Source: a virus
Lineage: Duplodnaviria > Caudoviricetes
DNA: 61,979 nucleotides
IMG/VR virus record: IMGVR_UViG_3300021062_000015
Span: 1 to 61,979 of that record
Strand: one strand, 5' to 3'
Part shown: piece after piece, positions 15,700 through 25,188 of the stretch
How the letters are laid out: every line of letters starts with the position of its first letter
Numbering within the stretch: position 1 is the stretch's first letter
Notes under the pieces: generated by a model
Told to the model about the DNA's origin: nothing
The model's database searches: none
The model's input: only the letters and a program-made list of their open reading frames with translations
Program-made: the position numbers and the translations under genes

Positions 15700-17787
15700 T
15701 TAAGCTTGTCCTGTAACTTTCAGGCTTAGGGACATCTCGCGCAGCCCCCAGCCGGTTAACTGCGTTACCGCTCGGAAGATGAATTTGATCTGCTTGCCTC
15801 GAGCTGGAAGATGTCGCTTGAAAGATCGTTCCGTGGCTACATTGATTCGAAATTTCGCCGCAATCGAAGTCGATTCATCAGTATAAACTTCCACGTACAG
15901 ATACCCCATCGAGTTCTTGATAAAGGTTCCTTTGAGGAAAAAGATACTCTTGTAAAGGTCAGGCTCTCCAAAATCCATCCAACCGGTTTCATAGACTCCA
16001 TACCACCCGCCAATCACATACTTATCTCCGGCAGCCACCGTCACCGCATCCGTCAAATCTTCAGTCTGCGCCGAGGAGCTTTGCGTCCCTACGATCATCT
16101 TAGCCCCTTTTACTGTCGTAGAGGTATAAACGATTGCGAGTTTTCCTTTGGAATTCGATCCAGGGCTGATCTCACCGGCTACGCTTGTGAGTTCACTCAA
16201 ACTTGAGGAAGGGAAGGTATCGTTAGCTAAGGAAGCCGAGTTTTCATAATCATCCACGATATAGGCTTTCCCAAGCGTATCGACGCCGACATGGAAAGAG
16301 CGTGTATTATCTCCGATCTCAGTTACGGCCGTAATTCGAGGAGGCACTTTCTCGGTCCATTCCCCTGTGTAATCGTCGTACACGTCCACAACATACCGCA
16401 TCGCTCCCAGAGAGCATCCCGAAGCGGGCCGATGGAGCTCGTAGAACCCTTCCTTGCGATCATAGCGAGCAAAGGCAAACTCCATCAGGTTCATGTTGTA
16501 CCGACTTTGCTTCGCAAATCGGTTACGCATCTTTTCGGAGACACATCGGGTCGAGTTCCCGTCAAAAGCGTACACCTGCATATCCGTCCCCATATAGAGG
16601 AGAAATCCATCTCGATCTTCCTTGATCGTCTTATCGGAGAGCGTTCCGCACTTGGCCCGAGTCCTCTTTCTCTGAGAAATCAGAGGATCAAAGTACCAAA
16701 TCGTTTCCTTGAGCCATGCGTATATCTTATTTCCATGCTCCCGAAGAGCAGTGATTTCTTCCTGGACCCCACGGTCAGCATGGTCTCCGGCGATTCCCAC
16801 ATCGAATTTAAAGGCAGGCTTCCAGGATTCAGATTTTACAAGGCCCGTCGTACTCAGATCAGCGTAGTACACCCGCGTTTTCAGCCCAAAGATCGAATAA
16901 CTCACCCCTGATTCAGTGGATCCCTTGTAAGCCGTCGCAAGAGTCAGAGTCGTCCCGCTGATTGCGGTGATGCCATATCTCGGTCCTCCAGCACGTTGGA
17001 AATAAAAAGGGGCTTCCGCATTTCTTGTATACAGTTCAGGAGGAGGCGCCACCGTGAGTTGCACGGTCGTTGAGTCAAAGGTCACATTCGCCGTTCCCTC
17101 ATTAAAAGGCCTCGCTCCACCCCAAAAGATTCGTGTAGCTGTCTTAGCTACGTACTTGCATGGGGGAGGGCGATAATTCGTGTAGGAGACTGCAGATCCC
17201 AAAGCACTATCAGCCTGGGTCAGTTGGTAGGTCCCGCTCACGTTGTCCACCGTGCGATCCAGAAGCAGCGTTGCAGGCACTCCATTGGCGTTGCGATAGA
17301 TCCGGATCTTATCGAAGCGCGAATTACTTGAAGCTACCACCGTCACAGCAAGGCTTTGGTTGGCGAGAACCTTTACCGTAGGCGCGGTCGCAAAAGGGCA
17401 TGTCTCAAAGTCCCTTGCCGAATCATAATACGTATAGAGAGCCGTGTAGCTTCCCGTCAGTCCCGTCCCACCTCCGGCTGCGATCGTAGGCACGGGCGCT
17501 GCATCGGCCCCTGCTTCACGAATCGTTGTCCCGCTGATGATCTTATTATGGTCCCACCCATTGAGCAAATAAGTCTCTCCGTTGACTGTCAGAGCGCGAT
17601 AAGGCGCTCCAGAGGCGAGACCCGAGATATCGGTCGTAGAAGCGCTCTGGGAAGAGAAATTTGGTCGATCCCCAAGATCTTCAATCCCAAAGATTCCGAG
17701 GCAGAGGTTTGCATAGAGGCGATCAATCACCGCCATCAGCCGAAGATTTCCAATCGTAGCTATCCGCAGAACTGCATCTGAGTTCAT
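15700..17787 (-). CDS. Tail nozzle / tubular protein B-like (P22 gp10-type stabilisation protein)
   Basis: 695 aa beta-rich; C-terminal YETGWMDFGEPDLYK...RGKQIKFIF pattern. Confidence 0.65.
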   Translation of the reverse strand: MNSDAVLRIATIGNLRLMAVIDRLYANLCLGIFGIEDLGDRPNFSSQSASTTDISGLASGAPYRALTVNGETYLLNGWDHNKIISGTTIREAGADAAPVPTIAAGGGTGLTGSYTALYTYYDSARDFETCPFATAPTVKVLANQSLAVTVVASSNSRFDKIRIYRNANGVPATLLLDRTVDNVSGTYQLTQADSALGSAVSYTNYRPPPCKYVAKTATRIFWGGARPFNEGTANVTFDSTTVQLTVAPPPELYTRNAEAPFYFQRAGGPRYGITAISGTTLTLATAYKGSTESGVSYSIFGLKTRVYYADLSTTGLVKSESWKPAFKFDVGIAGDHADRGVQEEITALREHGNKIYAWLKETIWYFDPLISQRKRTRAKCGTLSDKTIKEDRDGFLLYMGTDMQVYAFDGNSTRCVSEKMRNRFAKQSRYNMNLMEFAFARYDRKEGFYELHRPASGCSLGAMRYVVDVYDDYTGEWTEKVPPRITAVTEIGDNTRSFHVGVDTLGKAYIVDDYENSASLANDTFPSSSLSELTSVAGEISPGSNSKGKLAIVYTSTTVKGAKMIVGTQSSSAQTEDLTDAVTVAAGDKYVIGGWYGVYETGWMDFGEPDLYKSIFFLKGTFIKNSMGYLYVEVYTDESTSIAAKFRINVATERSFKRHLPARGKQIKFIFRAVTQLTGWGLREMSLSLKVTGQA

Positions 17788-17790
17788 GTA

Positions 17791-17871
17791 TTACAAAAAG
17801 TGAGGAGCCAAAAGCACGCATACACAGCCAATCAGTAAAGCCCCGATGAGAATGAGTTGAATCGCTTCCAT
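17791..17871 (-). CDS. 26-aa hydrophobic membrane peptide
   Basis: MEAIQLILIGALLIGCVCVLLAPHFL exactly fills the intergenic gap. Confidence 0.5.
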   Translation of the reverse strand: MEAIQLILIGALLIGCVCVLLAPHFL

Positions 17872-17872
17872 A

Positions 17873-18502
17873 TTAGTAAGAGATGTGTTGGAGCATCCAA
17901 TTGGTCGACATATAGAGGAAGGAGGCCGATCCACGCCCTGTAAAGTTCGTGTCACCTATCCCCAAGAGATCGAGTTGGTTGGTTGTTCCAGAAAGTGCGT
18001 TTTGATGCATAAACCTCACGTTTGTAGAGGTGTTGTTAATCACATAGAGAAGCTGGCCATCGCGTCCGCTTGAGAACCCCGTAAAAACGATATTTGTCCC
18101 AGTCGTGTTCGTAATCCAAAGGATAGAAACATTGGCTACCGAATAGTTGTCATTTGTCACCGCCGTGCTGAATCCAGCCGAAGCGTAGGCAAACCGCACA
18201 TCTTGAGTCACCGCCAGCGTTCCGCGCACCGTCGTATTACTGAGAATCGAAGTCCCGTTGTTAGTTTGCGTATAGCCTGCAGCAATCGTCACATTATTAC
18301 TGAACATGGCGGAGTTGGTATGGATCACCTGGTTAATCACGTTCGATCCGTAGAACACGATTGAATTATTTGTATTGATCAGCACCGATTGCGTTCTCGT
18401 CCCGACCGGCACCTGGCCAAACACCATCGAAAGAGGTAAAGGCAGGAAAATCCCGATCACCAGGATCCACATACAAATTTCCATCAAAGTCAGTTTTTTC
18501 AT
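17873..18502 (-). CDS. Signal-peptide-bearing, TN-rich virion fibre/spike-like protein
   Basis: MKK + hydrophobic core + VFG|Q; 10 Thr-Asn dipeptides; C-terminal FTGFSSGRDGQLLYVIN motif resembling phage fibre domains. Confidence 0.6.
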   Translation of the reverse strand: MKKLTLMEICMWILVIGIFLPLPLSMVFGQVPVGTRTQSVLINTNNSIVFYGSNVINQVIHTNSAMFSNNVTIAAGYTQTNNGTSILSNTTVRGTLAVTQDVRFAYASAGFSTAVTNDNYSVANVSILWITNTTGTNIVFTGFSSGRDGQLLYVINNTSTNVRFMHQNALSGTTNQLDLLGIGDTNFTGRGSASFLYMSTNWMLQHISY

Positions 18503-18511
18503 AAAATCCTT

Positions 18512-19099
18512 CTAAGCAATGGTCACAGCGTAGAGGCCAAGTCCGTTATCCGCCTGGAGCTTCCACTTGTTTCCGTTGGAATCGGTAAAGACCGGCCCAA
18601 ACCCAGAGGCGAAAGCCTGGTCGCTCGTATACCGCGTCGTGTAAAAAGGCACTCTCCCATGCTTCTCATAGAAGTAGTTCATTGCTTTATCGTCGGCACC
18701 AATCTGCGTATACGTGTTATTGATCGTATCCTTAAACATCATGTACTGGCCCGCCGTGAGCACCAGATTGGCCGAGATCGTAGCTCCAGAGTAACTCACC
18801 GTATTGTCTGGAGAGCTATTGGTGGAAAAGTCAGGCGTCGCATTCCACCACTCCCCATTGGGTGCTTGGATGAGGAGTCGAGCCCCTTCATCGAAGAGAT
18901 AGTCCACGTTATTAACGAAGCCGAAATCTAAAGCGGTTCCATTACAGGTCAGGCTATTCCAGGCGCCGAAGACAGAGATCCCACCCAAAGGCCGGAGCAC
19001 AAAGTTCTTAGCTTCACGCGCCATCGCCACTCCGAGGTTGGAGGATTCCGTAATCGTGTTGATCCCACGAAACTGAGCTATTTTTACATCTTCAAGCAT
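18512..19099 (-). CDS. Tail-associated structural protein
   Basis: FRGINT...AREAKNF N-terminus resembles nozzle-protein N-termini; synteny. Confidence 0.5.
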   Translation of the reverse strand: MLEDVKIAQFRGINTITESSNLGVAMAREAKNFVLRPLGGISVFGAWNSLTCNGTALDFGFVNNVDYLFDEGARLLIQAPNGEWWNATPDFSTNSSPDNTVSYSGATISANLVLTAGQYMMFKDTINNTYTQIGADDKAMNYFYEKHGRVPFYTTRYTSDQAFASGFGPVFTDSNGNKWKLQADNGLGLYAVTIA

Positions 19100-19104
19100 A
19101 GGGG

Positions 19105-20058
19105 TTATTGCAACACGCTCGAGGGGTAGAAAGGTTGCACTTCACTCGGTTCTTGGTACTCGTCTTTGAGCTTAGCTAAGTGGTAAGTGTAAGTGTCCCG
19201 CAGCGTCTTCTTTTCGCTTTCGGATAACTCGAAACCGGAGAATTCCGTCATCATCAGCTTGGATAAGGGCAGGAGAACGGTTTGATGAAATTCTTCAGGA
19301 ATCTCAGATACCGAACTTGTCGCACTCAGAGTCGAAGGCTTCTTCCAGCCATCGAAAGAAAGCGCATACGCTTGATCTGGGAACGGGTAGACGTTAATTA
19401 AGCGCCGACTGATATTGCTAGAATCCTGGATCTGTCCCCAAGTCGTGCAAAAGGTCGGTTGACTCACATCGGGAGTAGCCACCACGCTGATGCCAGCTTT
19501 CAGCCAGAACCCATAATCCGTCCCATCGAGCCCGAGATAACCTTGCTCTTGGTCAAAGCTTTCCTGGTCAAAAAAGGCGAGCACATGATGGCCAGCGAGC
19601 TTCATCGATCGAGGTTTAATCGATCCACAATCTGTAGGAGCTAGCACTCCATCGAAATACATCGTGAAAGAGGCCGCGCTATTGGTCGCCGCAAGAATGG
19701 GTTCGGTAAAAGTAAGGACCGATCCAGCGTAACTTGCTACACGCAGAGGAAATCCATTACCAGAGATCACCACATGTCCGCCGATCCAGGTATCGTCAGG
19801 GGTTTGGCCGGTTACCGTCCCAGTCGTCCCGAGCTTGGTGATATTGATCGTTCCCGTTGCCGATGCCTTTAGGAGAACGGAGAACTTCTTCCTACGGAAA
19901 GAGTACTGCCCTTCATTTAGGATACTGTTATGGGCTGCCTGGATCTTATTCACGATATACGTGCGCAACGAGGTCGAGGCCGTGATTACGCCATCGGTAT
20001 CCAAGAGGCCCATCATCGCCAAAATATCTGTTTCAATTTCCAGCCGAGTCATAATCAT
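19105..20058 (-). CDS. Head-tail adaptor / tubular protein A-like
   Basis: MTRLEIETDI start, INVYPFPDQAY and SEIPEEFH motifs. Confidence 0.7.
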   Translation of the reverse strand: MIMTRLEIETDILAMMGLLDTDGVITASTSLRTYIVNKIQAAHNSILNEGQYSFRRKKFSVLLKASATGTINITKLGTTGTVTGQTPDDTWIGGHVVISGNGFPLRVASYAGSVLTFTEPILAATNSAASFTMYFDGVLAPTDCGSIKPRSMKLAGHHVLAFFDQESFDQEQGYLGLDGTDYGFWLKAGISVVATPDVSQPTFCTTWGQIQDSSNISRRLINVYPFPDQAYALSFDGWKKPSTLSATSSVSEIPEEFHQTVLLPLSKLMMTEFSGFELSESEKKTLRDTYTYHLAKLKDEYQEPSEVQPFYPSSVLQ

Positions 20059-20222
20059 CCTTCTCTGGAGGTTTCACAGGTTCACAAATCATTCGCACTC
20101 CCTTGGCTTCACGTTCAGCCTTGATGCACCAACTGCAATCCTCCTGGAATCCATAGAGCCGATGTCTACGGCAGGGTTGCCGTCGTGGTTCATTTCCCAC
20201 CTGTTTCTCTTCTCCGTGCATA

Positions 20223-20657
20223 TCAAATGAGCGCCCATCGCCACTCCAGTGAGACGTTCGTATTGATAGGAATCCCGAGCTCCCGAGCTACACGCGGGAA
20301 CATGTCTAGGCCCGCACCGTTAGAAATAAAAATCGTCTTTTTCGTCCCATCAGGGTTGGGGACCGTAGGCAACTCATCGGAGTCGAGTCTCACCTTGCAG
20401 GGTTTACCCTTAAAGATTTCAGCGCGTGGCCGCTCGGTTCCGAACACATACGCATCGTCATCGATGCAGAAAGGGCCAATATCCACCACTTGCGCAAAAG
20501 TCGTTCGATCACCGTAGCGTAATTGCACCCAACGATGTCGGGCCTTCGAGCTAGGCAGGGCGATTCCAGGGAAATGCTCTCCAAGCCAGGGACTCCAGGC
20601 AAGAACCTGCTCCTCACAATGCGTGGCAAACACCCTGCACCATTCCGTTCCGTTCAT
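20223..20657 (-). CDS. Putative endolysin, RlpA/double-psi-beta-barrel lytic transglycosylase-like
   Basis: AQVVDIGP and GLDMFPRVARELGI match the two DPBB Asp motifs; in the lysis cassette. Confidence 0.6.
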   Translation of the reverse strand: MNGTEWCRVFATHCEEQVLAWSPWLGEHFPGIALPSSKARHRWVQLRYGDRTTFAQVVDIGPFCIDDDAYVFGTERPRAEIFKGKPCKVRLDSDELPTVPNPDGTKKTIFISNGAGLDMFPRVARELGIPINTNVSLEWRWALI

Positions 20658-21085
20658 AACCCAAGACCCTCCTTCGCCTTACTCCACAAATCATCAGGAT
20701 CACGCAGTTCCTTCTGCCACCGATTCAAAGTGATGAAGTATTCCAAATACTGCGCTTCAATATGGTAAAGCTGGTTCCAATACATATCCATAAAGTCCCA
20801 CACACCGTATCCAGGCTGCAGATCAACTCCGTACTCTTTCTTGAATTGCACCCGATACTTTCCGATCAAAGTGTTATACTTATCCCGAGCATTGGGAGTG
20901 ATAATCGCGCCCTTCACCTCACCACGAGAGTTGCGCGTATAGCGGATAAACCCGCTGTTATAGGCGTCGTATTGTCGTGGCGTCGAAGAATCGTAACTGT
21001 AAGCCCCATCCTTGATTGGATCCGGAGTTACAACCGAGCATCCAAGTAAGATCAGGCTTGATAAGATTATTGTAAGTATTTTCAT
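20654..21085 (-). CDS. Lipoprotein, o-spanin candidate
   Basis: Lipobox LLGC after a hydrophobic signal. Confidence 0.6.
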   Translation of the reverse strand: MKILTIILSSLILLGCSVVTPDPIKDGAYSYDSSTPRQYDAYNSGFIRYTRNSRGEVKGAIITPNARDKYNTLIGKYRVQFKKEYGVDLQPGYGVWDFMDMYWNQLYHIEAQYLEYFITLNRWQKELRDPDDLWSKAKEGLGL

Positions 21086-21113
21086 TGAAGTTACTCATCG
21101 GAACTGGTATCAC
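21085..21113 (+). promoter_or_regulatory. Promoter for the second HNH gene (leaderless)
   Basis: TTGAAG-17-TATCAC with extended TG; ATG at 21121, 7 nt later. Confidence 0.45.
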
Positions 21114-21120
21114 CCTTAGA

Positions 21121-21645
21121 ATGAAGATCTGCCCTAAATGTAAAATCGTAAAAGGTGCTAACGAGTTTTACAGAAGCTCCACGACCGCCACAGGGCTCTC
21201 TTCGTGGTGTAAGTCCTGCGATAGAGAAAAGGCCGTAAATTTTAAGAAAAAATTCCCTGAAAAAATAAAGGAGCGACAGAAGAAGTATTACGAAAGCCAC
21301 CAATGGGAGGATTATATAAAGGGGGTTAAATGGAGGAAGGCCAATCCAGAAAAGGCACTCGCAATACGTCAACGTTATAGACAAAAAAATAAGCTTAAAA
21401 TTCTTGAATACGAAAAATTGAATTACAACAAAATAAGAGCCCGCAAGCGCCTGAATACGGCTATTAAAAGAGGAAAGATTCCGAGCCCAAAAACTTTTCC
21501 ATGCGCTAAATGCGGAGGAAAATCCGACCAATATCATCATCACATGGGATATGATAAAGAGAACTGGCTTAATGCCATTCCCGTTTGCATTCAATGCCAC
21601 AACGCATTTCATGGTAAAATATCAGTTAATCGTCACTTAGCTTAA
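21121..21645 (+). CDS. Free-standing HNH-type endonuclease, inverted in the lysis cassette
   Basis: KICPKC...EFY...GLSSWCKSC zinc finger, basic helical repeats, CAKCG...HHHMGY...VCIQCH core; AT-rich. Confidence 0.85.
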   Translation: MKICPKCKIVKGANEFYRSSTTATGLSSWCKSCDREKAVNFKKKFPEKIKERQKKYYESHQWEDYIKGVKWRKANPEKALAIRQRYRQKNKLKILEYEKLNYNKIRARKRLNTAIKRGKIPSPKTFPCAKCGGKSDQYHHHMGYDKENWLNAIPVCIQCHNAFHGKISVNRHLA

Positions 21646-21834
21646 GTTTTTCCTAACAGCATCTTCATCGGCATTTCGGATAGCTTTGGCATTTTTATCG
21701 TCCTCGTTATTTTTCTTTTGCGCTTCGTCTCGTCGCTTCATTTCCGGCGTGTTATTCAGATCCGACCTCTTGGAAGCGAAACCAAACACCGCCCCAATCG
21801 CTCCAAAAAATCCCTTAATGCTCTCCCAAATCAC
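21637..21834 (-). CDS. Small membrane-anchored coiled-coil protein, i-spanin candidate
   Basis: N-terminal hydrophobic helix followed by a charged helix. Confidence 0.5.
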   Translation of the reverse strand: MIWESIKGFFGAIGAVFGFASKRSDLNNTPEMKRRDEAQKKNNEDDKNAKAIRNADEDAVRKNLS

Positions 21835-22319
21835 GGAACCTCCACTTGAGGTTGAACATCATCAAGAATCGAAGTTGCCGCGTTCTCACAACCGCGGGCG
21901 AGAGATTCGAGCACCTGTAGAGCAAGCTTTGGATCACCCTTTACCTTCGCGTAATACCCCTCATAAAAACCGCTCACCACCTTGGCTAGAGAAGCGAATT
22001 GGCTCTTCTTCCCGCCGAAAACAATAATGGTGCTTTGAATCTCTTCCACCGAGGGCACCTTCCCGCCGCTCAGAGACCGGATCCCGTGGGCGATCGCATA
22101 CATATAGTTGGCCACTTCCTGTCGCTCCTTCGGGTCTTCAATTGAAGAGATAGCGATCACACTCACCGCCTGGGCCACAGCCGGAAGAAAGTCCACCGAC
22201 TCCTCCACCACTTGTCGGGGAGTCAGGTTCCCGCACCCAGAAAACACAGAGAACGTCGCAAAGATTCCAAAGGCAACCATCACTCCGCTAAACCAACGAA
22301 CTACAGTTTTAAAATTCAT
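21831..22319 (-). CDS. Lipoprotein
   Basis: Hydrophobic signal then FSGC lipobox. Confidence 0.65.
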   Translation of the reverse strand: MNFKTVVRWFSGVMVAFGIFATFSVFSGCGNLTPRQVVEESVDFLPAVAQAVSVIAISSIEDPKERQEVANYMYAIAHGIRSLSGGKVPSVEEIQSTIIVFGGKKSQFASLAKVVSGFYEGYYAKVKGDPKLALQVLESLARGCENAATSILDDVQPQVEVP

Positions 22320-22564
22320 TTGCTCTCCTTCTTAATAATTTCATCCGTCCTTACCTGGTGATTGAGGCTATGAGCTACCACTTCTCTCAGAAACAGAATC
22401 GAAGCCGCCGCAAACCCCGCATCGAAATACCCGCTTTTCAGAACGAGATACTCGAAAGCGAGAAACACGATCAAAGTGGCAAGGCAAATCACCGTACTCC
22501 GAGATCGCATGGGGTTCGGAAGAATCGGCCCTTTTACCGGAGTAATCGTAGAGTCAGGGCTCAT
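22316..22564 (-). CDS. Holin candidate
   Basis: 82 aa, two hydrophobic helices, charged C-terminus. Confidence 0.55.
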   Translation of the reverse strand: MSPDSTITPVKGPILPNPMRSRSTVICLATLIVFLAFEYLVLKSGYFDAGFAAASILFLREVVAHSLNHQVRTDEIIKKESK

Positions 22565-22908
22565 TGGATAAGCTTCCCGTTTTTATCGATCTCGATAAGG
22601 AAAGGATCTTTCTTCTTAATCCCAACCTCATCCACAGAAACCCGCCGCATATTCCTCTCCTGCAAATCCCGCAACCACTTAATATCGGCTTCCATCCGGG
22701 CCAGTCGCACATCGATCGATCGCAGAGAGTCATCCGCTCCTTTTCCACCTGCTTGCAACTCTGAGATATCCGAAGCGTGATTCTTCAACGTCTCCTCGAG
22801 TCGCACCTGCCACTTGCCCAGGTTGTTAGCCGACACTGCGTAGGCCACCAAAAAGGCAAGCACCAAACTGATAAGCTTATCCCAGTTATTGAGCAGGAAG
22901 CGTTTCAC
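22561..22908 (-). CDS. Single-TM coiled-coil lysis-cassette protein
   Basis: TM helix then IDVRLARMEADIKWL coiled coil. Confidence 0.55.
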   Translation of the reverse strand: MKRFLLNNWDKLISLVLAFLVAYAVSANNLGKWQVRLEETLKNHASDISELQAGGKGADDSLRSIDVRLARMEADIKWLRDLQERNMRRVSVDEVGIKKKDPFLIEIDKNGKLIQ

Positions 22909-22913
22909 GTTAA

Positions 22914-23129
22914 TTAGACTTCACCTGGATCAGGAGCTCGGTATTCGCAGGAAAAGAAATTCTGATGAGAATCAAAATTCCAGGGATTAATTGCGGTATT
23001 TCGAACGGGCTCCAAAGGAATCCATCCGTCTCGAACCGCCTGATTATGGAGAAGAATAAAGGCTTCTTTGTCTGGGTGAGTTATGGCTTTTCGATGCTTG
23101 AATGTGTTGTATTCTTTAGGTACTTGCAT
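22914..23129 (-). CDS. Hypothetical protein
   Basis: GAGGA RBS; fits the operon. Confidence 0.55.
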   Translation of the reverse strand: MQVPKEYNTFKHRKAITHPDKEAFILLHNQAVRDGWIPLEPVRNTAINPWNFDSHQNFFSCEYRAPDPGEV

Positions 23130-23142
23130 AGTTGTTCCTCTG

Positions 23143-24069
23143 TTAAAGTCCGGTTCTCAACCAAGAATTGGTATCGATTAAAATATTTCCGTCACCGCTT
23201 ACGATGTTGGTGACACACACGATTCGATTCGTGCTGATAAAGGCCGAGAGATTTACAATGTTAGTCTTGAGCGAACCGCTTCCAATGATTCCCCCTAAAG
23301 ACCATTGATTCGTCTGAGTAAGATCTAGGCTGATGTCGTCGATTCTGACAGTAGCCGTTCCCGTATTCGCAGCTGCCTTGGCCGAAACACTGAAATGGGC
23401 GCGTCGCGCTGAATTAGTCCAAAGCTGATTTAAAGCCGGAGTGATGTTCTGAGAGATATCGTAAGGAGCAATATTCGTTTTCGCATAAATCGTTCCAGCG
23501 ATATCCAACTTTGCTCTTGGGGTTGCAGTTCCAATGCCGATATTTCCATTATTGGCCGACTTATCGATGAAGAGGCGAATATCAGTGTCATAAAAGAAAA
23601 TCGTGTCATCTCCGTTTGAGAAATAATCCTGTCCCATCTGGAATCCATTGGCCGCCCCTTGCCGGAAAAAGAACCGCGTCTGCCCCGTTGCGCTTGTCGA
23701 TTCAATAACGAAAGCAGTATTTCCACCACTCACAGCATGGAAAACCGTGTTTCCAATAACGCCATTTAACAGATCTCCATTTGTGATTTTAAGGCCGTTG
23801 GTAACATAAAGAATCTCCACCACATTCGAACTTCCGAAGAGGTAAGTATTCCCATCGGTGATATGTAAGCCGTTCGTCCCGTAATAAATCCCGTTATTGG
23901 TAATTCCCGAGGTTGTGATAGAGGAGAGGAACTCCGTAGGCGTCGATCCACCCGATGAAAGGTTGGGATTGGTCCCACCACCGCCTTCACGCAAGTTTGT
24001 CCCTTGCCCAAAGGCCAAGATCGCCACTGCCATAAGAACGGCTAAAACAACTGCAGCGCCTTTTTTCAT
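23143..24069 (-). CDS. Signal-peptide-bearing, TN-rich fibre-like protein
   Basis: MKK + hydrophobic + AFG|Q; GNIGIGTATPRAKLDIAG trimeric-fibre motif; 13 Thr-Asn dipeptides. Confidence 0.65.
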   Translation of the reverse strand: MKKGAAVVLAVLMAVAILAFGQGTNLREGGGGTNPNLSSGGSTPTEFLSSITTSGITNNGIYYGTNGLHITDGNTYLFGSSNVVEILYVTNGLKITNGDLLNGVIGNTVFHAVSGGNTAFVIESTSATGQTRFFFRQGAANGFQMGQDYFSNGDDTIFFYDTDIRLFIDKSANNGNIGIGTATPRAKLDIAGTIYAKTNIAPYDISQNITPALNQLWTNSARRAHFSVSAKAAANTGTATVRIDDISLDLTQTNQWSLGGIIGSGSLKTNIVNLSAFISTNRIVCVTNIVSGDGNILIDTNSWLRTGL

Positions 24070-24084
24070 TGAAAAGTCCTTCGT

Positions 24085-24567
24085 TTAATTCCCAAGCGGT
24101 TGGGCTACGATTTCCACCTTGCTTGTCGTCACGATCGAGCTTTTGATCCCCACGCGGAACACGGGGGCCATGCGATTGAAGCGCTCGGGATAAGAGTTCC
24201 CGTTCGTCACGATCATCGTCATCACCCGCGTGTAATAGTCATACCGAAGCTCCCGCCCGCTGATAGAATTAGTCACCGTTACAGGTTCAGACCACCAATT
24301 GGTTTCCGCTGCATCCGTTACCGTCGCCCATTGGAACACCATGTATGCATTCACGTTGGTTTGAGGCACAGTTACCCGCGCTCGCATAAAGACAGCATTA
24401 AATCCATCGAGACCGACAGGGGCCGTATACTCGTAGTCGCTATTCGTCAGCACCATCGACGGGCGAATCGTATCTTCTTTCCCCATGGTGAAGAGTTCGC
24501 CCGCAGCATAAGCAAAACTCAGAAATAACCAGACCACCGCTGCACTCAGAAGAAGTTTATTCTTCAT
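24085..24567 (-). CDS. Signal-peptide-bearing beta-rich virion protein candidate
   Basis: Sec signal ending AYA|A; 5 Thr-Asn; AGGAGA RBS. Confidence 0.6.
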   Translation of the reverse strand: MKNKLLLSAAVVWLFLSFAYAAGELFTMGKEDTIRPSMVLTNSDYEYTAPVGLDGFNAVFMRARVTVPQTNVNAYMVFQWATVTDAAETNWWSEPVTVTNSISGRELRYDYYTRVMTMIVTNGNSYPERFNRMAPVFRVGIKSSIVTTSKVEIVAQPLGN

Positions 24568-24637
24568 ACAGTTCTCCTTCGTAAGAGAGTGGGTAAGAGA
24601 TCATCCTACCCACTCCCAAGTTTTTCGCTTAGCTGGC

Positions 24638-25186
24638 TTAGTCGAGCCAGTAAATCGCCATGCTGCCGTGGTTTGCAGCGGTGCCGTTTTCGATCACGAT
24701 ACCGTTGGTAAACCGCACTGGATGGCGGAAGGTGTTGTTACGAGTGTTCGACAAGGTAGCGGCCGTAAAGGCTCCACCAGTCGACACGCCCGTTTGTCCC
24801 ATGCCAATCGGTCCACCGAATTGATCGGGGATGATCTTCTTGGCATTGGCCGTCGATCCCGCAAGGGAAGGACTGGCAAGCGTCACCTCAGATAGAGATG
24901 CGTTGTAGAAGCTAACCCTCCAGTTAGCAGTCGTAGTATTACCTTCAGAGGCAGACACGATCTCAACGCCTGCAAGCAACCCAGGGCCGCTTACAATCTG
25001 TTGAGTTTGCGCCGTACCGTCGAAGGAGACGACTTTGCTCTTACACCCGGTGAAGAGTTCCACAGCTTTGGTCAAAGCGGCTGGATCACGAGAACCCGTG
25101 CCATCATTGCCAAGTTGTGCCTGTGCGTACGGCAAAGCCAGAAGCATTGCCGCCACCATGATGATGAATTTTTTGATTACGTTCAT
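24638..25186 (-). CDS. Signal-peptide-bearing capsid decoration-like protein
   Basis: Sec signal ending AQA|Q; SGPGLLAGV...PVRFTNGIV pattern; two genes after the MCP. Confidence 0.55.
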   Translation of the reverse strand: MNVIKKFIIMVAAMLLALPYAQAQLGNDGTGSRDPAALTKAVELFTGCKSKVVSFDGTAQTQQIVSGPGLLAGVEIVSASEGNTTTANWRVSFYNASLSEVTLASPSLAGSTANAKKIIPDQFGGPIGMGQTGVSTGGAFTAATLSNTRNNTFRHPVRFTNGIVIENGTAANHGSMAIYWLD

Positions 25187-25188
25187 AA

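Noticed and set aside
24587-24615. Terminator after the decoration-like gene
   Set aside because: A 9-bp stem is present but there is no U tract on the coding strand; may be a stabilising or processing hairpin
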